Positions 1 to 13,700 of a stretch of DNA of 64,000 nt are shown here, in pieces; positions within the stretch are counted from its first letter, which is position 1; every line of letters starts with the position of its first letter. The notes below the pieces were generated by a model. It searched no databases. It had not been told where the DNA came from and saw only the letters and a list, made by a program, of their open reading frames with translations. The stretch covers positions 57,970,001 to 58,034,000 of the forward strand of contig CM097885.1 in NCBI GenBank assembly GCA_044892525.1, in the 5' to 3' direction. Position numbers and translations under genes: made by a program. The DNA comes from Schmidtea polychroa. Its lineage: Eukaryota.

Positions 1-2625
1 TATAGAAACGTCATTGATAAACAAAATTTACACTGATGAAGAAAGAATAAATAAAGCACTAGTGGCGATGGCAGGTGACAATAATAAAGATATTGAAGGA
101 ATGATCAGGGAATACGGCGGAATTTTTATGGCATCGAAATTCGATCTGGGATTTACAAACTTAGTTCGACATGAGATGCGGATAACAATGTGGCCCAATA
201 ATGCAACATCCTCGACGTCAACCAATGCACATGGAGAAAAGGATTGAAGAACTGATAAAAGAGTTAATGAAAGCAAATGTTATTCGATGTTGCAAGAGTC
301 CTTGGAATGCCCCGTTAGTTATAGTAGGGAAGAAAGATGGATCTATCAGGATGTGTGTAGATTATCGTGGATTAAATTCCATAACAGAAAAAGAGTCATT
401 TCCTATGCCTAACACCAAATTCTTACTAGACTGTCTCGCGAATGCAAAAGTATTTTCGTCAATCGATTTAGGTCAGGCGTATTATCAAGTGGAGTTGACT
501 CCAGAAATTCAAGAAATGACTGCATTCAGTACAAGAGAAGGACAATTTTGCTTCAATAGACTACCGTTTGGCTTAGCAACAGCTCCTGCGACATTCCAGA
601 GACTGATGCACACAGTGCTAGAAGGAATGCTATTCAAGGGAGTAGTAGTTTATCTAGATGATATCTTGGTATATGGTAAAAGTCAAAAAGACCACGATGA
701 GCTATTAAGGGAAATATTCAGAAGAATTAAATTGGCAGGACTGAAGATAAATCCAGAAAGCAGAAGTACCAAAATGTTCAAAACAATTGAGATCGTTTCT
801 CGGATTAACGAACTACTATAGAAGATTCATCAAAGACTATGCCAAAATCGCCGAACCATTATACGCTGCAACATCTGGATGCGATAAAGATATAAATTGG
901 ACTAAAGAATGCAATGAGAGCTTCCAAACTCTGAAGAGACGGTTGTGCGAAGCACCTATCCTTGATTTTCCAAGAGAAGATAGGACTTTTATCTTAGACA
1001 CAGACGCTAGTTTCGGAGCCATTGGTGCAGTTTTGAGTCAAATTACAGAAGATGGAGAAGAATCTGTCATAGTTTATGGCTCGAGACACATGTCATCACA
1101 TGAAAAGGGATACTGTGTAACCAGGAAAGAACTGCTCGCCGTACATGAATACGTCATGCATTTTAGAGAATATCTGTACGGAAAAAAATTCATAATTCGC
1201 ACCGACCACAAGGCATTGGTTTTCATGAACACTACAAAAACGCCAATCAGTCCGCAATTCCAAACATAATTAGCTAACCTGTCGGAATATGATTTTGAAC
1301 TAAAATATCGGAAAGGCGAAGAACACTCAAATGCCGATGGACTATCAAGATTAAAAAGTATGGTTTGCAGCCAGTGTCAAACAAGACATGAAGAAGCTAA
1401 GGAAGGAAAATCAAAGATTAGATATATATTTACTATCCAAAGAACAGAAGCTATGGAAAAAGTATGGGAACAACAACAAAAGGACATTCGGTTTCGAGAG
1501 CTGCGAGAGATATTGGAAAATGGATGTACACGGGAGAAAAAGAATTGTTTTCCTTTTAACGTAAAAAATACACAAATTGATGGAGGATTAATAACAGTAG
1601 AAAAGAACAAAAATATCTTAATGTTAGTCCCAGAAACATTTGCAGGCCTGTTAACAACAACGCTACATGAAGAACTATGTCACATTGGAGTTAAGAAATT
1701 ATTTCATTATATGGAAAAGATATTTTATTGGCCGAAAATGCAAGAAACAATCCAACTCTGTTTACAATGTTGCGAGATCTGCGCTAAGAGAAAGATCGAT
1801 CAGACAAGAACCAAAGAAACATTTATTCCTAGATATAGCTCTGAATTCCTAGAGCAGATTGTTATAGATGTGGCTTACATGGAAATAAACGCCAAAAAAA
1901 ATATATGGTAGTAATGGTGGACCGTTTTAGCAAACTGATTTCTTTAACTGCAATCACAAAGCAAGACGAACGGACCATTTTCAAAACAATACTTAATAGT
2001 TGGATCTATCGATTTGGAAAACCGAAGAGTATTTTAACAGATAGAGGCCGAAATTTCGAAGGGAATTTTCTAAGACAGAAGCTACAGAAACTTGGAATCA
2101 AACAGGAATTCAGCTCACCTTATCAGCACCAATCAAATGGTTTAGCCGAAAGAGCCATACGAACGATAAGAGATCTTATTACAGCAACATTGGCAGGCGG
2201 ATGTGAAGAGAGAAACTGGCACGAACTTCTACCCAGAATAGAGTTCACTATAAATAGCAGTCGACAAAGTGCTACAGGGTTATCACCATTTGAGATAATT
2301 TATGGACGGAGTGTTAACCTACACTCTAACCTGAAACAAGCCGAGATATCAAGAAGCGAAAGAATCGAAGACGCGAGATTTAACTTGAGTAAAGCCGCAG
2401 ACACTATGAGAGCTATGGATAAGACAAAGAGGGGCACTCGTGTTTTCGAGGTGGGGAGGAGGTACTCGCACGTAAAGAGCCGCAGAACAGGCACAAGGAT
2501 GGTATGCAATACGATGGCCCATATAAAATCGCCAGATTTCTATCACCTCATCGAGTCGAACTACATTCACAAGAAGGAACGAAAGAAAGAAGAATCGAGT
2601 GGCTGAAGAAGTGGAAAAAGTCTTA
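1..2625 (+). mobile_element. Ty3/Gypsy pol pseudogene (RT, RNase H, integrase) with frameshifts and an internal deletion
   Basis: ORFs 201-821 (SPWNAPLV, DLGQAYYQV, PFGL, YLDDIL), 787-1269 (LDTDAS, RKELLAV, RTDHKAL), 1360-1911 (HEELCH..CEIC) and 1905-2606 (DRGRNF, SNGLAER). The post-YLDD FLGH segment is missing near 760-790. Confidence 0.95.
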
Positions 2626-2934
2626 AGAAGTAGAGAGTTAGATATCTTGTTGTTTTAATAATTAGGAATTTGCGGTTTTTGTGAATTAATTAAAACTTGT
2701 TATTTATAAATTCTTTGATTAAATATATATTGTTAGTTTCAAGATTTTTGCTGCAAATTTAAAGATGGATCTAAAGTTGGATTTAACTAGAATAATATTG
2801 TTATATAAAATATTTATTTCTTTGAAATTTTTTAAATAAGTTTCAATATTCAATAAATCTAAACCCAAATTTTCGGCACTGCTTTTACTTAATGTCAATC
2901 AATCAATTTTAGATTACTTTTAACGACCTTTATT

Positions 2935-3125
2935 ACCCGGCTTCTATATTATTTTAAGATGATCAACAGTATTGAAAGATCTTTCATCCTTGATATTCCC
3001 TCATACAACTGTTCATGTGAAAAGCACTCGACTGTCAAATCCAAGCATGTGACTTTCAGCGAAAATAAAAGTTTAAAGTTTAAAATAGCATAATTGACCT
3101 AGAAATTGAAACAAGAATGCCATAT
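2935..3125 (-). mobile_element. Helitron PIF1-like helicase C-terminal remnant
   Basis: Minus-strand translation SLKVTCLDLTVECFSHEQLYEGISR resembles the PIF1/Helitron motif SL..xGLDL...FSHGQLYVAxSR. It is followed by gaagccgggt, reminiscent of Helitron 3' ends. Confidence 0.65.
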
Positions 3126-3130
3126 GCAAA

Positions 3131-4274
3131 TGTCACGTTGGGTGACCCGTCAAAAGAGCCTCTGATATAAAGGCCCTTGGCAAAAGGCCACCCACCAATA
3201 GAACCGCGTAAACACTGAGTAAAAAAAACGCACGGTTTCCGAAAGTTTCACACCCCATCAACAACTATACACTTATCCCCACTCGCTCTGGAAAACCATA
3301 AATTCTTTTTTACACCGCACCGTCACATATTCTCTTCCTGATCGTCTGATACACCCACTCTTGCTAACGCATTCCGTGAATTCTTCACTGACAAGATTAA
3401 TCGAATTCGTGCCAAATTTATTATTCCGGCCTCTCCTGGTCCATATGAAATTCAAACTACTCTCCCACCAAAATCAATCCATGGTACTATATGCATGTGT
3501 AATAACAAACGTATAGAACATATTTGAAACAGTCTGTTTGGTTTCTATTTGCAAGACAGTTCTCTCTTTGACTCCTCATGTTCTTATTCAGTCAAATAAA
3601 TCAAACCCAACACAGAATAATTTTATTCAATCTTTATCACTATTTGCACCTTTCTCTCCAGATAATTTTCCACTCGATAAGGGGCAATTACCTTTTCTTG
3701 TACGAGTCTTACCTTGTTTGAATTACTATATTTCTCCTTTAGATTACTGATCGCCGGATTTCTGCTTCTCTTCTTTCTTTTTCTCTCCGACCAAATGGCG
3801 GCTTGCTCATTTCTGAGCGTTCTTTTTATACTATTTCTGAGATGCTAATTTTCTAGAAAATTGTGCTTAATTATTTCCCCGGGAATCTTAAATCAATATT
3901 AGAGGGTTTTTTATTATTTTAATTTGTTTTCCCTTGATTAGGGCTCAAAACATTCCCTGTTTTTATCTTTTTGCTCGGGTCTCACTGCGCATCGGGTTTC
4001 CCATTGGCTCGGGCTTTCCATTACCGATTAATTAATTTTAATTAATTTGTTTTTTCGCATTAACTTTCCATGTGAACGCCTTATTAAATTTTCATTATAA
4101 TTTCTGAACTCGTCTGTCAATTTGGCGCTTAACCAAACCCGATGCAAACCTGTTCAATATTGATTTGTGATTTTTAGTAAATTTTAATTAATTTTGCACT
4201 TTTATTGATTTTAACCATATTTGTTAGCTTTCCTTTTATATATAATTTTTTTGGTTTTTGCGCGAACCCCAACA
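3131..4274 (-). mobile_element. LTR-like sequence (family copy B)
   Basis: On minus it starts TGTTGGGGTTC and ends GTGACA. It has AATGG(G)AAACCCGAGC repeats, a TATA (GTATAAAAAG) and a YY1-like GCCGCCATTT. Homologous blocks lie at 39.3-40.6 kb and 42.0-42.7 kb. No TSD found. Confidence 0.55.
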
Positions 4275-4717
4275 AGTTCAAATCGTTTGTAGCCAGAGAT
4301 TGGTAGGCATTCTTTTGGCATTTATCAGTTGAATCTTAAAAACTCACGGATGACATCGTTTTGAAGTCAACATACATACAATATCGTTCTTTTCTACGTA
4401 CTTTTGTCAGAGGCTCTTTTTTTGGGGTGCCGTCACGTCGTTACTGCTTACCATTTAAGAGTAGTTTCTGTGACTTTTCTGTTTTATAGAATATCTTAAT
4501 TCATTTTCATTTATAATTATTTTATTTATTATTCTTATTATAATTAAAAAATATTAAATTAAAACTTTGTCTTTTATTTCACAGTTGACCTTTTTTCTCT
4601 CAAGCTTCCCCGACGTAGTGACTTCTTAATTCTCAAACAATTATTCAAAATTGAAATCATTTTTCACCAAATTCTATTGATCATATTTTAATAATTTATC
4701 AATTTATCAATTTTCAG

Positions 4718-7700
4718 AATATTCCTTCTATTTCATTGAGTCCAATTGAGCAGGACGATTTGCGCGAGGATTCCATTAATAATTACTCAGCTAAGTCAGC
4801 CTCATCGCAGAATAAATTTACATATTCTCTTGATGAAAGAAAGAAACTGTAAGATTTTATCTGCTGAATTATTCGTTTTATTAATTATGGTTGTGGAATT
4901 CATGTTTATTGAAAGCGAATTTTAAAAAATCATAGTAAAAAATAGTAAAAAATATTATTAATCTGTCATATTTATAAAATCGATTGATTTATAGCGGGTT
5001 AATTTTCCTACGTTGTATTTCATTTAATATTATTATAGACAGTATTCATCACATATGATTTATTCAAAGACATGTGTGAGGTTGGAGTAACTGCTGTTCG
5101 TGCAATTTTTGGTACGTTGAGAGATAGTTCCTCTGGTGTCACAGCTCATAAATGTTGTTGAAGACTCACTTATGAGAATATAATGATCAACAACAATTTT
5201 CTCTCAATAGAATTTGATATGTTCTTTTTGATTTTGAACTCATCTGTGACTTGAATAACGAATCAATAGCTTCTTGTTGCATTTCGTCGACCATGTCAGA
5301 ATTTTTAATAACGGCTTTCCTCTAATTTAAAGTTTGATCTGCATAGCAAATAGGAAATTCTACCAAAATTCTCCTAATGAATTATTTAGAATTCAACATA
5401 TCGGATCGATAAAAAAATAAACTTTGACAAGAATTAAATTCCCGATGACTCGTAAATTTTTGATTTGTTAAACTCTCAGCAGCATCGGTCGATCTGCGCG
5501 ACGTTTCCTGAATATTTTCCTTATTTTTACCATTTTTCGTTACAAGCCAAGAACTTTGACCTCGTTTAAAAAATAATTTATTTTCGTTTTGATGTTGGAA
5601 TATTGATCAGATTATTTCTCCAATCCGAATCATTTCCATGGATTGATAGTTAAGTTTTCCAATTGCATCTGACTTAGGATTATAATCCAGATAGGAATGG
5701 ATTTGAGTGTTCATTTTAAATTTAACTTCAAAATAAATAAACTCTGAACGAATACAAAAATGTATTTATTTCCAAAACAGAATACAAAGCAAGTTTCTAA
5801 TTCGAAAGTAATAAAACACTTTATAGACACATGGGTTAATCGATTCAGTTAGAAGCTTCTTTTAACACAAAATACACCTGTTTGCACGAAATAAAAGAAT
5901 AAAAGAAAGTAGAATACAGGTTGGTGTGTACACCAATTATAGATGACTCACCATTTGTGATGAAATGGATTTAATTTTTTTATTTTAGCCATTTTAGAAA
6001 TGACTTTCAAGTAAGATTTTTAATTTTAAGTAAATTTTAAGGCTTGAATTTTTTGATTATGGTAATTTTTTTTTACCAATTCTATCAAATATTATTTTTT
6101 TTAGATTAAGTTATCCGCCATGTTTTTTTAATAAATTTTAAACAATGAAGTTTTATAATGCTTTTATTCATGCAACATTTCTACATATCTAGAGTTTATT
6201 TGCATATTTTATTATATTTTGTGTTTGTGTTAAATTAATTTTTTCCACTTTCTCACGTTCTATAGTATATGCTTTTATTTCATTTAACATTAAAATTCAT
6301 GTAAGTCGGTAATAATATTGGAGTAATGATATTTTTTAATATTATAGATCCTTTTATTCCATGCAAATGTAGAAAACTCACACACAACACATAACATAAA
6401 TACTGGGAGTACCTGAAAGTAATCAATTTTTTATCTAACAACTTTTTAAACATTTATTTTATTAGAAGAAACACATTAATTAATTATGTAATTTCCATCA
6501 TTATTTATAATAATTGTACTAATTGGTCTAATTGTTCACAATAAAGGTCTTTTTTGTAAGTCTGACCAGGCTGCATGAGATCTGAATTAATTATGTCAAC
6601 ACAATCACTCTAAACGCATAAAACCTTCTTTGGGTGTAGTCCAGCTTTAGGTGTCGGAATCTGCGTTTGTCTGGGAGAAAGCCACTGTTTTTTTCGTTAA
6701 ATAATTGAATAGAGAATCCCTTTTCATCACCAGTAACCATGTTATGGACAAACCTATTTTTCTGTCTCGTTAACAAAGCATTAGGAATCGTTTAATACTG
6801 GGCTTCGTTGTTTTCGGAAAGATTGTGAAAATAACCATTATGAGTTGAGCTTATACGACAATTCATGTATGCTTCGACGTGGATCAAACTCAACTAATGA
6901 TGTAAGCGAGTCCTCATCCAGTTTTAATCGCATTCAGGAACGTTAGATATTAAAAGATCAAAATCACCAAATGCCAACTTTTTAAACCAATGTTAGGATT
7001 GTTGACCTTCAATACATCATCAGTTCCATTCATATCTTGTCAAAAAACTAAATTTCAATGTCTTAAATGAATTTCGTCAGCTTCCATGTCAGGCCCAACG
7101 ATCCAGATTATCACAATTTATAGTTTTAAATTATAGATTTGAGAATAATTCTATTCTTTCCAGTGCTTCTTTATTTATTTTAAATAAATGTTTAAATTGT
7201 TAAATAATGACTGGTTAAGTATATTTCAAAATTATAATTCATAAAATTATAGCATGTACATTACATGTAATTAAAAAGTAAACTTAGTATTAACTTCTGG
7301 GTTTGAACCTTCCCGGGTAAAGAATTTTTGAAATAAGAATAAATCAACAGAAAATAAATATTGATTATTTTTGGAAAAAAATTTTGTAAAATAAAAATTT
7401 CTGCTCGTAAGAGTTACATAATCAAGAAAATATTCGTTTTGGTATTCCGTAAATTCAGATTTTATGATTTTTTAAATATTTATAGATTTTCTTTCTCTAA
7501 AACCTTTGGATCAAAAATTTTCAGAAAATGGCTTTGATTTTGAATCGATTTATTTTGATTTGTTGTCGTGAAAAATTAAATTTTACCATTTATATTGACT
7601 AAAATTGAAACTATTTGATATATTAGTGTGCCAGATTCAATCAGTTCAAATGCCGTTCAACCTGAAGAGTCTCATCAAACATCGTCTATCTCAACTTCAA

Positions 7701-10700
7701 CTGATGATTCAAAACATGTGAGTGTTATTGGAATCGCATTGATATGCTTTCACAGTTTACTTTGCATATGAATTTTTAATCGAATTTTATTAATAATAAT
7801 TATAGTTGTGATATAATTAAATATTTGAATATTTAATAACTAATACAGTGGTGGCCAACCCAAATCAATCGAAGGGCCAAATTTTCGGAAAAATACTATC
7901 ACGGCCACAATGAATTCATTTAAATAAATATAACTCGTTTTTACGATTCAAGTAAACTTAGAATCAATTTTTTAAATTAAAAACATGCTTAATTCGAATA
8001 TGAATTCTAAAAAAGACAATTATTGATTTGATGTTTAAAATTGTGTTCGGGCCACATCAAAACGCTTCGTGGGCCACCGGTTGGCCATGGCTGAACTAAT
8101 AATTACCGTTCTTTTAATAGTAGATTTTGATTAGGGCTTTTTTAAAACGCTAAAGCTAAAGTTGTAATTGGCGGCTTCACTAAAAATAGTAATGCTGTTA
8201 TTAAACAGCAGCAAAAGAAATTGATTGCAAAAGCGTAAGAAATCTTTTGAAATACATTATCACCTCAGGAATTAGTTGTGAAGAAACTGTATAAGATGCT
8301 AAGCTTGTACTGTGCTTAAAGAGCAAATAATAATTAGAAAATTTAGCAAAATTATATGAAAGTCAGGAATGTTCACAACAATCTTTTTCATAAATATTCT
8401 TTGACGCTGTTCCAAGGAAAATTTATTCAGTTTTTTTGAAACGAAAGTTTAAATCATAGACGTCCAATTCAGAATGTAGTTGGTCAAGGGGTAAAGTACC
8501 ATAATATGGACAGGAAAAAACTTTGAAACAGAAATATTATTGCCAAATCAATTGTGGCAAAAAAAACTAGGGAAATAACTTAAGTTACAATAATGAGAAT
8601 ACTTCAGCATTTCCTAATAGAAGATTTAATAATAGAAGTATAGTGAGAAGATTTGCAATGAAAATGAAATATTTCGACCATTATTTTCAATGAAATATCA
8701 CACAAGGAAATTATACAACAGTTGTTGTAGATTACCTGAACCAAAAGAAGAAATGTTATCACATGCTCAATGCTACAACCGTTGTGAAAGTAATCATTTA
8801 CGTTTTGAATGCGTAATATGTAGAAAAGATGACACATTTATAGAAACTGTGATTTACTGACAGATTGAACCAAATTAATAATAGATCAATTATGTGTATT
8901 CGTGATGAAAATATTGATGCATGTCGTCAAGAATTATGATATGCAACAGAAAAACGAGAGAAACCCTTTTGCTCACAATTCGTCAATGGGGTTTAGCCAA
9001 TAAATAGAAATTATGTGACTTATCAAGCAAGTTATGGGATTCAGAAGCTGTTACAACAGTTATGAGTAAAAATTATTGTCAAAAAATTAGAAAACCAGTT
9101 TTATTTTCATCAATAGGCCTTGGACAGAAATTTCTACGAATTATACAGTATTTAGTACTAAATAAAGTCAGTTCTGTTTTAATCATATTCCTTTTGGTTT
9201 GGCTCATGAAGATGATTATTGGGCAACTAGTAAGGAATTATTAGTATTATATAGTTGTCATGTATTTCAAACAATATTTATATGGGAAAATATTCACTGC
9301 AAGAACAGATTACGAGGCCTTGATTTTCATGAATACAGCAATGAAACCAATAAGTCCTCAATTTCACACTTGGATGGCAAATCTGTCAAAATATACTTTT
9401 GACTTCAAATACAGAAAAGACAGTGAGCATAATAATCCAGGTGGGCTATCAAGAATTGGTAAATCTTTATGCTCAAAGTGTCAAACAAAATATGATGATG
9501 CTAAAAGCTCTAAATCACGAATTAAATATAAAAAATTATATGACAAATACCTCAAGCTGAAATCTTTTGGAAAAAATTAAGTTCAGACATGAAAGTGATT
9601 CTATTTTCAAATTAGTGAAAAATCTGATGAAAGGTGATATTCAAAATTTTTCAAATAATTATGCATATAAATGCAGAAAATTTAAAGATAATCGACGAAT
9701 TTCTAGTATTAGAACAAGAAAATAATATCTTAGTATTAATTTCACCAGACTTTGTTGAAGACCTTGATCACAATTCATAAAGATTTATTTCATTTTGGAT
9801 CTAAGATCGTTAATTTTGACCATCTAGGATTAATACTATAAAAGAATGCTTGAATAAATGGTTCTTTGTGCGAAAACAAAGATAAGTTCAAGCAAAACTA
9901 AGGAATTAATGATTCCGAGACAAGGTAAAAATTTTCTTGAACAAGTTGTTATAGATATTGCTTACATAGATAAAACATGGAAATGTTGCTAAATTATCGA
10001 AAAAAAGAAGATGATGCAGAAACTTACATTAGTAAGATTGAGAAAGGTGTTCAGAAAATCTTGAAGCACAAGCTAATAATGTCAAATTTGACAACGTTCT
10101 TCTTAAAACATTGTCTTGATAATGAAGAAAAAAACGTGAAATAAAAAAAATTTGAGATTACTGAAGATTTACTGTAAGTAAAATTATCGAAAGAAGATTT
10201 AAGAAATGATGGAGAGCCAGTACAAAAAGGTCCAATGGCAAATAAATATATTAAAAGAATTTTACAGAAAATGGATGAAGATAAATCCAAGATACAACAA
10301 GTTTCAGCCGTTGGAAATACCTCATACGCGTCAATTGTGAAAAACGGTCGATACAATAATAATGAGAAAAGAAATAATTATGGAAATCAGTGAAATCAAA
10401 GTGATAACAAAAATGAATATTCAAAATTACAAAGAAATCAATTCCAAGAAGGACGAGAATATTCTATGTTCGTGTTGTGGTAAAGCAGGTCATTTAAGTT
10501 TTCAGTGTTTTCAAAAACAGAATCAGTACGAAATGAGATTGCAAAGAACTTCGAATCAAAACCATGGGAATTTCAATCGATACATTAGACATTCTAATCA
10601 AGAAAATGATCTAAACAATGGAGAAAACGTAGCTGCAGTATATGATGACGAACCGAACGACTATGATGGACAATCAGAAATATCGTGAAATGCTAAAGCT

Positions 10701-13700
10701 CTAAACAGAAGGGATATGTTAGGAGTGATAAATCACATGTAAGCAATGATAATTTTTTGAGGACCCTAAATGCTGAATGTAATGATTGTTTGGTTGATCG
10801 TTTGTTTGATAATCTAAATGCTGATTTTTTCCCCAATCAAAAATTTGATTCTGATTTTTATTTAATTAATAATTGTAATACTGAACAAAATGTGAATGAC
10901 TGTATATTTGTGAGTGATTGTGATAAAAATGATTGTTTTTTAAATATGTCTAATAAAAAATTAAAATTACCGAGTGTTAATGTTATTAAAGATATATATG
11001 ATATAGGATATTGTAATGTAGATGTTAGACCATTTAATAATGTTAAATTATATAATGTGACTTATAATTCATTATTTGACACAGGAGCAAAAATAAATGT
11101 TTTATCTCAATCGATTGCTGAAAAATTGAATTTAAAATTTTTTAATGAAGGAAATAGAAAGATATCATGCGCAAACCGCAGTATGTTAGGGATTTTAGGG
11201 AAAGTTTCTCTAAGTTTAGAGTTTAACAATAAAGAAATAACTGGAGAATTTTTTGTTGCTAAGGAAATATACCCAGAAGTAATTGTAGGAATAGATATAT
11301 TGAATTCTTTAAATATTAAGTTAGTTGAATTTTGTAATGAAAATGTCCTCAGTTTGCAAGTAAAATTTGCTAATAATTTAAAAGTAAATAATAAAAATAA
11401 ATTTATGAATGAAATATTGAAAATAGAAAAATGCAATCCGATATATGAAATAGTTGTTGAATTCTCAGGTATTTTTATGTATAATAAATGGGATATAGGC
11501 AAAACAGATATTTTAAAGCACAGAATAGAAACTAATTGCAACCCAATACCACTTAAGCCGCGGCGACAACCAATGCATTATGAAGAAAAGCTAGAAAATA
11601 AAAAGCTAGAAATTGTTAAAATAAAATTATAGAGAAATGCGAATCACCTTGGAATTCACCAATAGTATGTGTGCCAGAAAAGGGAACTTCTGAAATTCGG
11701 ATGTGTTTGGATTTTAGGATTTTAAATTAAAATACAGTTAGACCAGTTTTTCCAATTCCCAATGTTGATGAAATGCTTGATTCTTTGTATGGGGCCAAAT
11801 ATTTTTCGTCGATCGACTTAGGAAATGCCTATTATCAAGTTGAATTGGATAAAGAGAGTAAATTGAAAACAGCATTTTCTACAAGACAGGGTCAATTTTG
11901 TTTTAATAGGATGCCTTTTGGAATAGCTGCCGTACCATCAACGTTTCAAAATCTTATGACATTAATAATTGGAGATATGATGTGGAATGAAGCATTAGTC
12001 TATTTAGATGACATATTAATCTTTTCGAAAACTATTGAAGAACAAAAAGAAAGAATAAATAAACTTTTCCTTAGAATTAGGAAATCAGGACTAAAAATTA
12101 ACCCTGAGAAATGCAAGTTCTTAGTATCTGAATTAAAGTTTCTTGGACATATAATTAATGAAAAAGGTATCAAAACAGATAATTCTAAGATTGAAACAAT
12201 TCAAAATGTAAAGCAGCCTAATTGTGTGAAACATCTTAGGAGTTTTTTAGGATTGTGTAATTACTATAGAAAATTAATCAAAACTACTCAAAAATAGCTA
12301 GGCCATTGGAATCTTTGATTGGAAGTAAAAACAAAAGTATTATTTTGACATCACAATGTGAAAAAGCTTTTGACGAGTTAAAACATAGTTTGATCAGTGC
12401 ACCATTACTATGCCATCCGGATTTTAATAAAACGTTCATTTTAGATACCGATGCTAGTTTTGATTGTATTGGCGCTGTTTTATTGCAAAGAGATGACAAT
12501 AATGAAGAAAAGATAATCGTATATGGGTCAAAAAGTATGAATAAACATGAAATTGGGTACTGTATAACAAGGAAGGAATTATTATCTGTTTACACAGCAT
12601 TTTAAACATTATCTCTACGGGAAAAAAAAATTTTTAAGAACTGATCATAAGGCAATCACATTTATGTTAACTACTAAAAAACCAATTACCGCTCAGTTTC
12701 AAAATTGGATAAATTTTTTAAGTAGTTTGGACTTGAAATTAGAATATCGCAAAGGTGAGAAACACAATAATGCCGACGCACTATCACGACTGAATATAGG
12801 AAATTGCACACAATGTCAGATGAATCATATTGATTCTAAAGCAGAAAAAATTAAAACTAAAATTTTAGCAATGTCAATAGAGGATCATACATTTAAATGG
12901 CAAAATAATTCTGAAGAAATAATGAAAATAAAAGAAAATATCCAGAACGGCAAAACTGAAGATTATTATGTGGAGAATGGAATTATTATGACTTATAATA
13001 ATAAAATATATATTCCTTCATATATGAAGAATGGTTTTATTCTAGAAATCCATAAAGAATTGTGTCATGCAGGAATCAACAAAACTACAAATTACATGAA
13101 GAATTATTACAATTTCCAAGAAATGGATAAAAGTATCAAGAGAATTATCACAACTTGTGAAATTTGCCAGAAACGTAAAACATTCACTGGGAAAAAAGAA
13201 GTTATTGAAAAATTAATTACGCATGAACCATTTGAAAAAATATATATTGATTTTGTGGCCCCTTTAAAATGACACTATCTGGCAAAAGATATGTGATAGC
13301 TATAATAGATCATTTTAGTAAATATATAGTATTAAAAGCTGTAAGAACACCAGAAGAAAAGACATTAATTGATAATGTGAAAAGTTCGTGGATATTGAAG
13401 TTTGGACCGCCAAAGGAAATTCATGTTGATAAAGGAAAATGTTTCGAATCCCAAGTTTTTAAAAATATGGCAGTAAAGTATCACTTGAAAATAGTTTATT
13501 CAAGCCCATATCATCATCAATCTAATGGACAAATTGAAAGACAATTTAGAACGCTAAGAGACTGGATTTCATGCTGTCTGGAAGAGAAACAATTTAAGAC
13601 ATGGGAAGAAGCATTGCCTCATATAGAATTTGCAATGAATTCAACAATGCAGTCAAGTATAAAAGTTAGTCCTGTTGAAATAATATATGGAAGGAAATTT

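Noticed and set aside
2648-2880. 3' LTR of the first Gypsy element
   Set aside because: The purine tract is not directly adjacent to TG and the right end is undefined; plausible but unsupported.
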